Shown here piece by piece: positions 10,356 through 20,459 of a DNA stretch of 26,824 nucleotides. The translations under genes and the position numbers were made by a program. The notes beneath the pieces were generated by a model. The model was not told the DNA's origin and ran no database searches. It was given only the letters and a program-made list of their open reading frames with translations. How positions within the stretch are numbered: the stretch's first letter is position 1; each line of letters begins with the position of its first letter. Source of the stretch: Octopus sinensis (Eukaryota); NCBI RefSeq assembly GCF_006345805.1, contig NW_021834086.1:1-26824 (forward strand). Reading direction: 5' to 3'.

Positions 10356-10725
10356 TGAAAGAGAGAGAGACAGGTAGACAGACGGACAGAGCCAAACAGA
10401 ATGAGAGAGTGAGTGAGTGTGTGTGAAAGAGAGAGTGAGTGTTTGTGAAAGAGAGAGTGAGAGAGAAACAGAAAGAGAGAGAGACAGTGTGTGTGAAAGA
10501 GAGGGTGAGTGTTTGTGAAAGAGAGAGTGAGAGAGAAACAGAAAGAGAGAGAGTGAGTGTGTGTGCAAGAGAGGGTGAGAGGCAAACAGAAAGAGAGAGA
10601 GTGTGTGTGCGTACGTGTGAAAGAGAGAGAGACAGACACGCAGGGACAAACAGAAAGAGTGTGTGTATGTGTGTGTGTGAAAGAGAAGGTGAGGGACAGA
10701 GACAAACAGAAAAACAAAGAGAGTG

Positions 10726-10758
<33 letters not shown>

Positions 10759-10770
10759 CGTGCGTGTGTT
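10285..10770. repeat. Compound (GT)/(GA) repeat containing a 70-bp tandem duplication (10435-10574)
   Basis: Units starting at 10435 and 10505 match at 67/70 positions; degenerate further units follow. Confidence 0.85.
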
Positions 10771-11177
10771 TATAAGCTCCACGTAAAAATTATAATTCAT
10801 AACGGTGAGGGGGTGGGTGGGGTGTATGGCCATAAGAAGCACTTCCACCAATTTTCCACTGATTGCTATTTCTAATCAGGTTTAACCTCGCTGGTGACAA
10901 CTGCGAGCGAAGGCAAGTAACGATCGAAATTATTGTCATCTACTCTCATTAAATATTCATTAAACCACGTTTCTTCATGTTTTTTTTGTGTGTTTTTTTT
11001 TGTCTTTCAGTAAATAAACAAATAAACTGAACGTTTGTATAATTTTGTGTCGATATGAGACCCCTGAACCGTAATTCGTTAGTTGCAGTTGAACGAAATA
11101 TCGAAAGCTTAAACATTGAGAATATGATTACATTTTTACAACGATATCATTTCCTATCATCATCATCATCCTCATTA

Positions 11178-11567
11178 GTGGAGGCGCAATGGCCCAGTGG
11201 TTAGGGCAGCGGACTCGCGGTCATAGGATCGCGGTTTCGATTCCCAGACCGGGCGTTGTGAATGTTTATTGAGCGAAAACACCTAAAAAGCTCCACGAGG
11301 CTCCGGCAGGGGATGGTGGTGATCCCTGCTGTACTCTTTCACCACAACTTTCTCTCACTCTTACTTTCTATTTCTGTTGTACCTGTATTTCAAGAGGCCG
11401 GCCTTGTCACTCTCTGTGTCACGCTGAATATCCCTGAGAACTACGTTAAGGGTGCACGTGTCTGTGGAGTGCTCAGCCACTTGCACGTTAATTTCACGAG
11501 CAGGCTGTTCTGTTGATTCGGATCAACCGGAACCCTCGTCGTCGTAACCGACAGAGTGCTTCCCCCC
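11178..11567 (+). mobile_element. Full-length family-C tRNA-derived SINE (tail type C1; probably one of the described Octopus OR/OK SINEs, name unverified)
   Basis: A box TGGCCCAGTGG (11190-11200), B box GGTTTCGATTCCC (11233-11245), 11-bp TSD CATCCTCATTA at 11167-11177 and 11568-11578. Confidence 0.92.
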
Positions 11568-11571
11568 CATC

Positions 11572-11614
<43 letters not shown>

Positions 11615-11687
11615 TATTATTATCGTTGCCTCACCGGGCAGAATACTTAGTAGTATTTCTTTCGGTTTAAGGATCTGAGTTCAAAAT

Positions 11688-11836
11688 CCTTTCTACTATG
11701 AGCGCAAGGCCTGAAATGTTGGCATGTCGATTACATTGAGCCCTGTACTCAACTGGTATTTATTTTATCGACTCTGAGAGGATGAAAAGCGAAGTCGACC
11801 TCAGTGTGTTAAAAGGGGACGAAATGCCGCTAAGCT
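11688..11836 (-). mobile_element. Diverged family-A SINE, internally deleted
   Basis: Reverse complement contains gaggtcgacttcgcttttcatcctctcagagtcgataaaataaataccag. Confidence 0.7.
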
Positions 11837-11886
11837 ATAAGTTTAACAGTTTCTGACTGTTTTGAGCGCTAGATTGTATGGTAAGT

Positions 11887-12210
11887 GAAGACATGCGTGA
11901 CCCATGCGTTAAGGTATTTGGCACACGATCGTAAGGTTGTGAGTCAGGTTCCCGGCGATGCGTTGCGTCCTAGAGTGAGATAATTTATTTCACGTTGCTC
12001 CAGTATACTCTACTCTCGAAAATGATTGGTACCTTTTGTTCAATGGACCAGCTTTGTCACATTATCTATCGCTCTGACTCTCCCTGAGAACTACGTTAAG
12101 AGTACGCATCTCTGTGGAGTGCTCCGTCACTTGCACGTTAACTTCACATGCAGGCTACCCGGTTAATCGGATCAGCTCGAATTCTCATCGTCGTAAATGA
12201 CGGAATGCCA
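11887..12210 (+). mobile_element. Family-D SINE (tRNA head, CORE-like body, C1-type tail), diverged
   Basis: The tail gagaactacgttaag...gtggagtgct...cttgcacgttaa...cgtcgtaa...gacgga is shared with the 11178 copy; different head and body (ttatttcacgttgctccag). Confidence 0.8.
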
Positions 12211-12489
12211 GTAAGTTTGATTATATGGTTCTTCAATACGATGGTTGAGAACGTAGACAGCAAATCGTACAGGCCATTGAAGGAGTATTTTAAAAGACAC
12301 AAGGGTGTTTTATAAATAACTTCTATTTTCAGTCGGATCTTATGGTGAGTGAAGTTGCGCAGATGGAAACGGCACAGAATTCCATCGGATTGATAGCACC
12401 AGCTATCCAAATGATACAGCCTTATCAGTGATGCTGACCCCAATTGAGAATTTCCCTAAGGGCACACGTTTCTGTGGAAACAATATGTT

Positions 12490-12709
12490 AAGGCGGCGAG
12501 CTGGCAGAAACGTTAGCACGCCGGGCGAAATGCGTAGCCGTATTTCGTCTGCCGTTACGTTCTGAGTTCAAATTCCGCCGAGGTCGACTTTGCCTTTCAT
12601 CCTTTCGGGGACGATAAATTAAGTACCAGTTGCATACTAGGGTCGATCTAATCGACTGGCCCACTTCCCAAAAATTTCAGGCCTTGTGCCTAGGGTAGAA
12701 AAGAATACT
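12490..12709 (+). mobile_element. Full-length young family-A SINE (A1 tail)
   Basis: Head aaggcggcgagctggcagaaac, B box GTTCAAATTCC (12566-12576), TSD CAATATGTTAAG at 12481-12492 and 12710-12721 (last bases overlap the head). Confidence 0.92.
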
Positions 12710-13233
12710 CAATATGTTAAGACAAGACCAGGTAATTCTGTTGAACAAACAATTGAATCCCCATCGCTAAACGACGGAGACTTACCATGATATTTCAGTG
12801 ATATGTGGCTGATATTTATAGAACTTCGTGAAGCCATATATGCAGCTTTCTAGATGGCATTTGGGATTTCCTTACCTACGTCGTCAACCAAAGTTATTGA
12901 AAAGCCAATTAACCTCGCGCACAACAGATTTGCAGCAACAGTTTAAACACGTAGCATTTGATATTACAATAACGTCTCATTGCTATTTATATCACTTTTA
13001 TCAATGTAATATAAGTGTGATACCGACTTTACTAATATCATGGCTGCTAACAAAGCAATGGCGTGTAATGTTCATAGACGAGGCCTTTAACCGTTGGACT
13101 CCCTCTGGCAGCTCTACTGTCATTGCTAATTCATTAAAATACAAATCAGCGGCGTCAGCGGATAGAACTGTATTTAATTAATAAAAAATATTCTGAGGAT
13201 TAGTGTTATGTTTTTGAGAGAAGTAGTCTGATT

Positions 13234-13274
<41 letters not shown>

Positions 13275-13278
<4 letters not shown>

Positions 13279-13420
13279 CATTATTTACATTAGTTGAATA
13301 TTTGCCCTCATTTTTGCTGTTGTTAACACGACGTTTCAGCTGATATACCCTCCTGCCTTCATCAGGTGTCTTGGGGAAATTTCGAACCTAGGTTCTCATT
13401 TCTAAGGTATTTTTCAATGC
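13275..13420 (-). mobile_element. Penelope-like pseudo-LTR fragment carrying a minimal hammerhead motif (13325-13370)
   Basis: Minus strand GACAC-CUGAUGA-A-GGCAGG...UCAGCU-GAAA-CGUC-GUGUU, between (AT)n and (ATT)n tracts. Penelope assignment is inferred from the motif only. Confidence 0.6.
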
Positions 13421-13443
13421 AATTATTATTATATTATTATTTA

Positions 13444-13505
<62 letters not shown>
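13421..13505. repeat. (ATT)n microsatellite
   Basis: Direct inspection. Confidence 0.95.
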
Positions 13506-13507
<2 letters not shown>

Positions 13508-13680
13508 TGTGTTTGAATTTTGCTTTATGTCTGTACCAGTTGGCTCCAAGTCTCACCCAGGGACCTCAAGAGACAACAGGTTGGAAGTTCACGTTGTTGT
13601 TATGCCTAGTGTGCCATATATTTGGGGGTTTTTTGGTATTGGACTAGTGAATGTCTAATACATAAATTTTAAAAAAATAC
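13506..13680 (-). mobile_element. Probable 3' UTR fragment of a second R4/Dong-like LINE in (TAA)n
   Basis: Minus strand ...gtattagacattcactag...gaggtccctgggtgagacttgg...cacagaataataataa. The gtccctg..gacttg motif resembles the 3' UTR of the 974-1738 element; flanked by TAA repeats. Confidence 0.4.
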
Positions 13681-13743
13681 ATTATTATTATTATTATCAT
13701 TATTATTATTATCATCATCATCATCATCATCATTATTATTATT

Positions 13744-13795
13744 ATTCAGGTCACTGCCTGGAATAGAACTGGGAATCTTGAGGTTAGTAGAACTG
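13744..13795 (-). mobile_element. Short tRNA-derived SINE fragment with (AAT)n tail
   Basis: Minus strand cagttctattccaggcagtgacctgaataataat: B-box-like motif directly followed by a triplet tail. Confidence 0.4.
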
Positions 13796-13879
13796 TAATA
13801 TATATATATATATTCGGGTCCTGGAACTGATATTGGCCAGTTACCCTCTTGCGTCATGACACATAAGTAGCAGAGATCA

Positions 13880-14060
13880 AAACAACCACTTGAACGAGGG
13901 GCCACTCTGTTGTAAATTTACCCCTTTAAAGCTAAACGAACTGGAGCTACATCAAATGAAGTGCTTTGCCGAGGAACAGAGCGCACTGCCTCTTCCGGAA
14001 ATCGAAACTACGATCCATTTATCGTGAATGCAACGCTCTAACCACGACTCCACACGCCTT
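13880..14060 (-). mobile_element. Old tRNA/CORE-type SINE
   Basis: Minus strand aaggcgtgtggagtcgtggttagagcgttg...gtttcgatttcc...ctcggcaaagcacttcattt. Confidence 0.7.
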
Positions 14061-14367
14061 AATTCGATTATTAGACCTGCAACTAATAGTAGCGAATTAT
14101 CCCTCATATCACTGCGTACCATATTAATTGAAGCAAGAACGTATAAGATAACGCAGTCATATAATGCTTTAAACATACAAGATGGTCACGAGTGGAATAT
14201 CTTCTATAATAGATCAGCTCGATCTAATAATGACGTGGGGTTAATCTAAACAACAAATTAACAAAAAAAAAGCGAAAATATTGGTTACCAAAAGACACAA
14301 AAACAATGTTGTGTACCTCATACATTTCCTTAAAAGTGTTGCCCGAAAATATTAAATTAAACGAAGT

Positions 14368-14988
14368 TAAGGCGGCGAGCTGGCAAAAACGTTAGCACGC
14401 TAGGCGAAATGCGTAGCCGTTTTCCGTCTGGGTTCAAATTCCGCTGTGGTTGACTTTGCCTTTTATCCTTTCGGGTTCGATAAATTAAGTACCAGTTACG
14501 CACAGGGTTCGATATAATCAACTTAATCCCTTTGTCTGTCCTTGTTTGTCCTCTCTGTGTTTAGCCCCTTGTGGGCAATAAAGAAATATGAAACGTTAGC
14601 ACGCTGGCGAAATGCGTAGCTGTATTTCGTCTGCCGTTACGTTCTGGGTTCAAATTCCGCCGAGGTCGACTTTGCCTTTCAACCTTTCGGGTTCGATAAA
14701 TTAAGTACCAGTTACGCACTGGGGTCGATGTAATCGACTTAATCCCTTTGTCTCTCCTTGTTTGTCCCCGCTGTGTTTAGCCCCTTGTGGGTAATAGAGA
14801 AATAGGTATTCATCTGCCGCTACGTTCTGAGTTCAAATTCCGCTGAGGTCGACTTTGCCTTTCAACCTTTCGGGTTCGATAAATTAAGTACCACTTACGC
14901 ATTGGGGTCGATGTAATCGACTTAATCCCTTTGTCTGTCCTTGTTTGTCCTCTCTGTGTCTAACCCCTTGAGGGTAGTAAAGAAATAT
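14368..14988 (+). mobile_element. Head-to-tail trimer of family-A2 SINE units within one TSD
   Basis: Units at about 14368-14588, 14590-14804 and 14805-14988. Flanks ATATTAAATTAAACGAAGT (14349-14367) and ATATTAAGTTAAACGAAGT (14989-15007) match at 18/19. Confidence 0.9.
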
Positions 14989-15419
14989 ATATTAAGTTAA
15001 ACGAAGTGCAGATCAACCAGAAATCGAGAAAATGGCGCAGAGTCAGCGGCGCAGAAAATTTTTTTTCTTTACATAAACGGTTTCCTTCTTTTAACTGCAT
15101 AAAACCTGGAGCGTTGATCATGAAAAAATTATATTCTAACGACTAAACGATTGTGCGTTGAGATGAAAGTTACTTCTGTGGTTCGCCATATTTCATACTT
15201 TTCTATGGACTTCTAGAAAGATTAATGGAATAGGTGAGCAGATTACACGAAGGAAGAATAGGCTGATGAATGTGTTTCCAATGACATGACTGACCAACCG
15301 TCTCCAACGAGCTGCAATCTGTGTCAAGCAGCATCCAAAGGTTTTGTGATACATGAACTTTGTATTATTAATATATAGGCTTTTATTGAAGCTGTTCTTC
15401 ACCTATGTGCTCGTGTCTA

Positions 15420-15422
15420 TAT

Positions 15423-15466
<44 letters not shown>

Positions 15467-15515
15467 ACATACATACGAACACATATATGTATGTATATGT
15501 GTGTGTGTATGACTA

Positions 15516-15557
<42 letters not shown>

Positions 15558-15877
15558 GTGTGTGGTGCGTGTGTGTAACATATTAACATTTTATACTTTT
15601 GTGAGACTTTTGTGTTAGAAATAAAATACGAACAGCATAGTACAGTCTAAACACTTCCACGTAATGTTACTTAGAATCAGTAGGTTTATGTTTACGTACT
15701 ACACGTACAACACACACACGCATACGCACATGCACACATACACACACACATGCACACATACACACACACACACACACATGCACACATACACACAGACACA
15801 CACACACACACACATGCAGATGAGCTAATATTCTAGTTGAATGTATACTACTAATATATAAATATGTGTGTGTGCGT

Positions 15878-15917
<40 letters not shown>

Positions 15918-15922
15918 GTAGG

Positions 15923-16000
<78 letters not shown>
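15420..16000. repeat. (AT)n, (CA)n and (GATA)n microsatellite block
   Basis: Direct inspection; a unique spacer lies at about 15585-15700. Confidence 0.9.
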
Positions 16001-16001
<1 letters not shown>

Positions 16002-16545
16002 GTAAAGTGGTAATGAACGGCGATTTGAAGAACAAAAGAAACAAAAGTTAAATGGATTTGCATTGGGAATATATTAATATGAGGCACTGTGAAAGTTTTA
16101 GATGAAAAATTAAAAGTAAGAAGACGATGCTTCAAACATGCCACATCATAGGATTTTGGAAGACAGCCTAGTGAAAAGGAAACGGGTGTAAAAAACGGAT
16201 AGCCAGTAGAAAAGCACGTGCATATGCAAAATGGAGACGAGTACCAACACTTCTATGTGGCACGCTTGGACAATTGTGAAAAGCTCTTGACATGAAACCA
16301 TCGGTTGCGTTATTAAATCACAAATAAAGAATATTTATCCACCAATGTGGTGTTGAGTACTCGTTCTCACTGCCCAATATTGGCAGTTCTGCAAAGCTAT
16401 TAAATTGATATCAGATATAAAAGTAATGATTATTGTGAGCGCTTTGTTCGATTAAACGCTTTAAGGTGTTCCTTTAACATAGTGACAGTGATTCAGCGAC
16501 AATAACAAACAGGAAGAATAAAGAGCGTGAATGTGTGTGTATATG

Positions 16546-16604
<59 letters not shown>

Positions 16605-16610
16605 ATATAT

Positions 16611-16888
16611 AGTGTCTTGCGTCGCCAGGAATTGAACTCACGACGCCGGGAATTGAACACAAGACACTTTATTTCATGTTGCTCTCAGGTGGCAAAAATG
16701 AGTAGTACCTGTATTTCAAAGAACCAGCTTTGTCACACACTCTGTGTCACGCTGATTCTTCCTCAGAACTACGTTAATATACACGTGTCAGAGGAGTGCT
16801 CAGCCACTAACACGTTAATTTCACCACCAAGCTGTTCCGTTGATCCTATCAGCTGATAACCTCGTCGTCGTAACCGACGGAGTGTTCC
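16611..16888 (+). mobile_element. Family-D SINE with inverted 5' segment (16611-16659), inserted in (AT)n
   Basis: 16660-16888 is the CORE-like body plus C1 tail. The reverse complement of 16611-16659 contains B-box sequence gagttcaattcctggcgacg ending in caagacact. Confidence 0.8.
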
Positions 16889-16954
16889 TCATATATATAT
16901 ATATTATATAATTATATAGTATATATATATATATATATATATAATATATTATAT

Positions 16955-16998
<44 letters not shown>

Positions 16999-16999
16999 T

Positions 17000-17230
17000 A
17001 ATCAAAATAAAAACATGATGCCAAAGATTCAGCGGTACATATTTTTCGGGCCTTAATTAGACGGATTTGTAACAATGCATAATGTGTGTCTATGGCCTTC
17101 TTCAGCCGCGCACAATTACTACTTTAAGGACATGTATTACATCAAAAATTCTACGTTGGGGATGCAAATCCTCTCAGTCGCGTACGACATAATGCGGTAC
17201 CAGCACAAAAATGAAGCGTCCATCCCGTCT
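17000..17230 (-). mobile_element. Penelope-like pseudo-LTR fragment with type-I hammerhead motif (17032-17109); boundaries approximate
   Basis: Minus strand GCGG-CUGAAGA-A-GGCC...GGCCC-GAAA-AAUAUG-UA-CCGC, between (AT)n tracts. Confidence 0.6.
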
Positions 17231-17548
17231 TTCTCTCAATATATATATATATATACATCAATTGAATACAGTTAAGACATGGTCTGGTTTTCATGTTTAT
17301 TATTATGGTATTTTAACATTAAAAGAAATTATATTTTGTAATGCTCATAAAATTATATTAGCGCTTTCAGACATAGAGTAGCCACTTCAACGTGGCTGTC
17401 TGTTGAAAAGTCAAGTTGAAGTGGCTGCGAACATTATTTGTCAGTACAACTACTGCGTTGATCTCTTAGAGAGATTTTAGATCTGGTACTTTTGCTTATA
17501 TATATATATATATACATGCATACATACATATATACATAGATACATACA

Positions 17549-17624
<76 letters not shown>

Positions 17625-17740
17625 GAATCCATGGACTTTCGTGGGTATTGAGTTCCAAAACACCCCACGATATGTGAAATTCCACGCACTAGAAACAATG
17701 CTGTACTGTATATTTTTTTTAATTTTTATAATTTGTACAC

Positions 17741-18143
17741 TCTCTTTTACATGTTTCAGTCATTTGACTGCGGCCTTGCAGGAGCACCGCCTTTAATCGA
17801 GCAACTCGACCCGGGACTTATTCTTTTGTAAGCCCAGTACTTTTTCTATCGGTCTCTTTTGCCGAACCGCTAAGTAACGGGGACATAAACACACCAGCAT
17901 CGGTTGTCAAGCAATGCTAGGGAGACAAACACAGACACACAAACATATACACACACACTTATATATATATACATATATACGACGGGCTTCTTCCAGTTTC
18001 CGTCTACCAAATTCACTCACAAGGCTTTGGTCGGCCCGAGGCTATAGCAGAATACACTTGCCCAAGGTGCCGCGCAGTTGGACTGAACCCGGAACCATGT
18101 GGTTGGTAAACAAGTTACTTACCACACAGCCACTCCTGCGCCT
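17741..18143 (-). mobile_element. Full-length family-B SINE
   Basis: Minus head aggcgcaggagtggctgtgtggtaag, B box gggttcagtcc, CORE-like ggcaccttgggcaagtg, internal microsatellite, tail gtcaaatgactgaaaca. Confidence 0.92.
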
Positions 18144-18274
18144 GTATATATCTATTTTATTATAAATGGAAAAAAAAATATATATATATATATTTACACA
18201 TACATACATATACGCATACGTTAATACGTATATGTTTGTGTATGCGTGTGTGTGTGTATTTTACGGTTTTGAAT

Positions 18275-19030
18275 TCGGGCACAACACTAACAAGCTTTGA
18301 GAGTTTGTAGTTACACGATACCAAGAACTTGACCGCCGTTGTATTCTGTCGACGTCGTTAGGAATTGAACTCAGAAATTCAAGCGACTTAATCGATTATC
18401 ACTCGACATTCTCTCCATGGTCAATCGATTCTGTCATTCCACCATCCGTTAATAATTATTAGCAATATACTAAGGCGGCCGCCGAGGTCGAGCTTTCATC
18501 CTTTCGGGGTCGATAAATTAAGTACCAGGGTCGATCTAAATGACTGGCCCCTCACCCCAAATTTCGGGCCTTGTGCCTAGAGTAGAAAAGAATATTTATT
18601 CAAGGCGGCGAACTGGCACAATGGCTAGCACGATGCACAAACGGCTTAGCAGCATTTCGTCTGTCTTTGCATTCTGCGTTGAAATCCCGCCGACGTCGAC
18701 TTTGCATTTCCTCCCTTCGAAGTCGATAAAATAAAGACTAGTAGCGCTGAGATCGATGTAATCGACTTACCACCGCCCTTGAACTTGCTGGCCTAGTGCC
18801 AAAATTAGAAACCAGTAATTGTTAGGCACAAAGTCTGAAATTATGAGAGGTTATTATTTGATTTTAACGCCCCGTCACAAGTAATTGGATGGTACTTTAT
18901 GTTTAGAGCCACGAACGTATTAAAAGGCCATGGTAATGGTAATGTCTACGGGATTCGAACTCTGAAACGTAAAAACCGTAAGGTGATTATGTAAAACATT
19001 TTATCCGATGCTCTAACGATTCTGACTGTA
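18275..19030. mobile_element. Cluster of four family-A SINEs: 18275-18447 (-, old), 18472-18597 (+, internally deleted A1), 18602-18825 (+, old), 18825-19030 (-, old)
   Basis: Recognisable heads, B boxes (gaactcaga, gttgaaatcc, gaactctga) and gtcgataaa..aagtacca cores. Confidence 0.75.
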
Positions 19031-19728
19031 CAAACATGAACTGCAAACTAGAATTATGTCATAATACACGAACTGATCAGATAATTTTAAAAGATAAAGT
19101 CCTCTTATTTAATCCTCGTTGTCCACTTAGGTGAAACGTACAAGCTAAGGGAGAAAGGATTGACACTGAGAAATTCAATCAAGATACAGATGGGTTCTCA
19201 AAAATGTGATTGCGCTATTTACCACTAGAAGAACACTTGCAATAGCTCACGTTTGGGGCTAGTTTCCGCGTGCGGTAAAGCATCTCTGATGTTTCCCTTG
19301 TAATCTAAACGTGGCAAATTTTACTGCATAATTAATTTCAAGTCCCTTTTCCACTGGAATATTTATCTTTCTTTTTAATCTTTCCGTGAGGGGAGAAAGC
19401 AGCATTCATGAACCTTTACAAGGCCTCTGAAATTCGTTAGAGGTTGGACGGAGGACGGCTTTCTCAAGCGGGAAACTTGGACTGCATGGTTGAAACGGTG
19501 TGGAAACCGCCAAGGGCGTGCAAGATGACATGTTTTGGCGCTAAAGCGAGAGTCGGTTTAAGTCTACAACGGCGGCATTTGAACTCCATTAGCATACAAT
19601 TGTTTCTGCCATAGCATGTAGCAGACTCATAGTTGAGAGCCTGAATAATACCTTATAGCTTATATGAAGGGCAAATTATATGGGAAGAAATTACATTTGT
19701 GGCTAAATAACGAACTGCCACTCATTTG

Positions 19729-19778
<50 letters not shown>

Positions 19779-20123
19779 ACATACACACACACACACACAT
19801 ATATATGTCTGTCGGTGTGTACTGTAATACATCGATATACGAGTTAACTTGTTTCTAGAGACCGCTCGTAAAGTGAAAATTCGTAAAGCAGAGCAATAAC
19901 ATCTCATAGTAGGAAAGAAATCTTGTGCAGTCATTTTACTCCGTTGCTGTGTAGACACGTCAGAACCAGTGTTGTCACACAAAATTGTCGTTTAATTATT
20001 TTAAATTTATTATAAAATTCGTTAATCCAGGGTCTCGTGAAGCGGGTTTTTGGTAAAGTGAGGTAATACTCTAAACATGACAAAAACATACAAAAACATA
20101 AAAATGGAAAAGTGTGTATTTAT

Positions 20124-20154
<31 letters not shown>

Positions 20155-20201
20155 TACACAAATTATATACACACGCACACACACACAAACACACATATAT
20201 T

Positions 20202-20384
20202 CTTTATTAAAAAGCAGTAAAAATATCACAAAAGCTGTTACTCAGACTTTCACATACCCGTTCGCGAACATAAAATAACAGTTTTTGCGATATTTTTGCT
20301 GCTTTTTAATAAAGCATATTACTCTACCTCTGGTATTCGAGAACTAGTTTTTCCCACCTTGTTTCGCAATTATTTACCTACTCC

Positions 20385-20459
<75 letters not shown>

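Noticed and set aside
11180-11250. tRNA gene calls for SINE heads (also 12490, 18143, 21131)
   Set aside because: A and B boxes are present, but each continues into a SINE body with tail and TSD; no clean cloverleaf with a terminator.
14368-14988. CRISPR-like or satellite array
   Set aside because: Units are about 200-bp SINE copies without unique spacers; eukaryotic context, no cas genes.
15029-15037. YY1-like AAAATGGCG motif as a promoter
   Set aside because: Single short motif with no other promoter evidence.
19400-19620. Moderately GC-rich unique stretch with a 41-aa minus-strand ORF (MEFKCRRCRLK...)
   Set aside because: Too short, no recognisable domain or splice signals.
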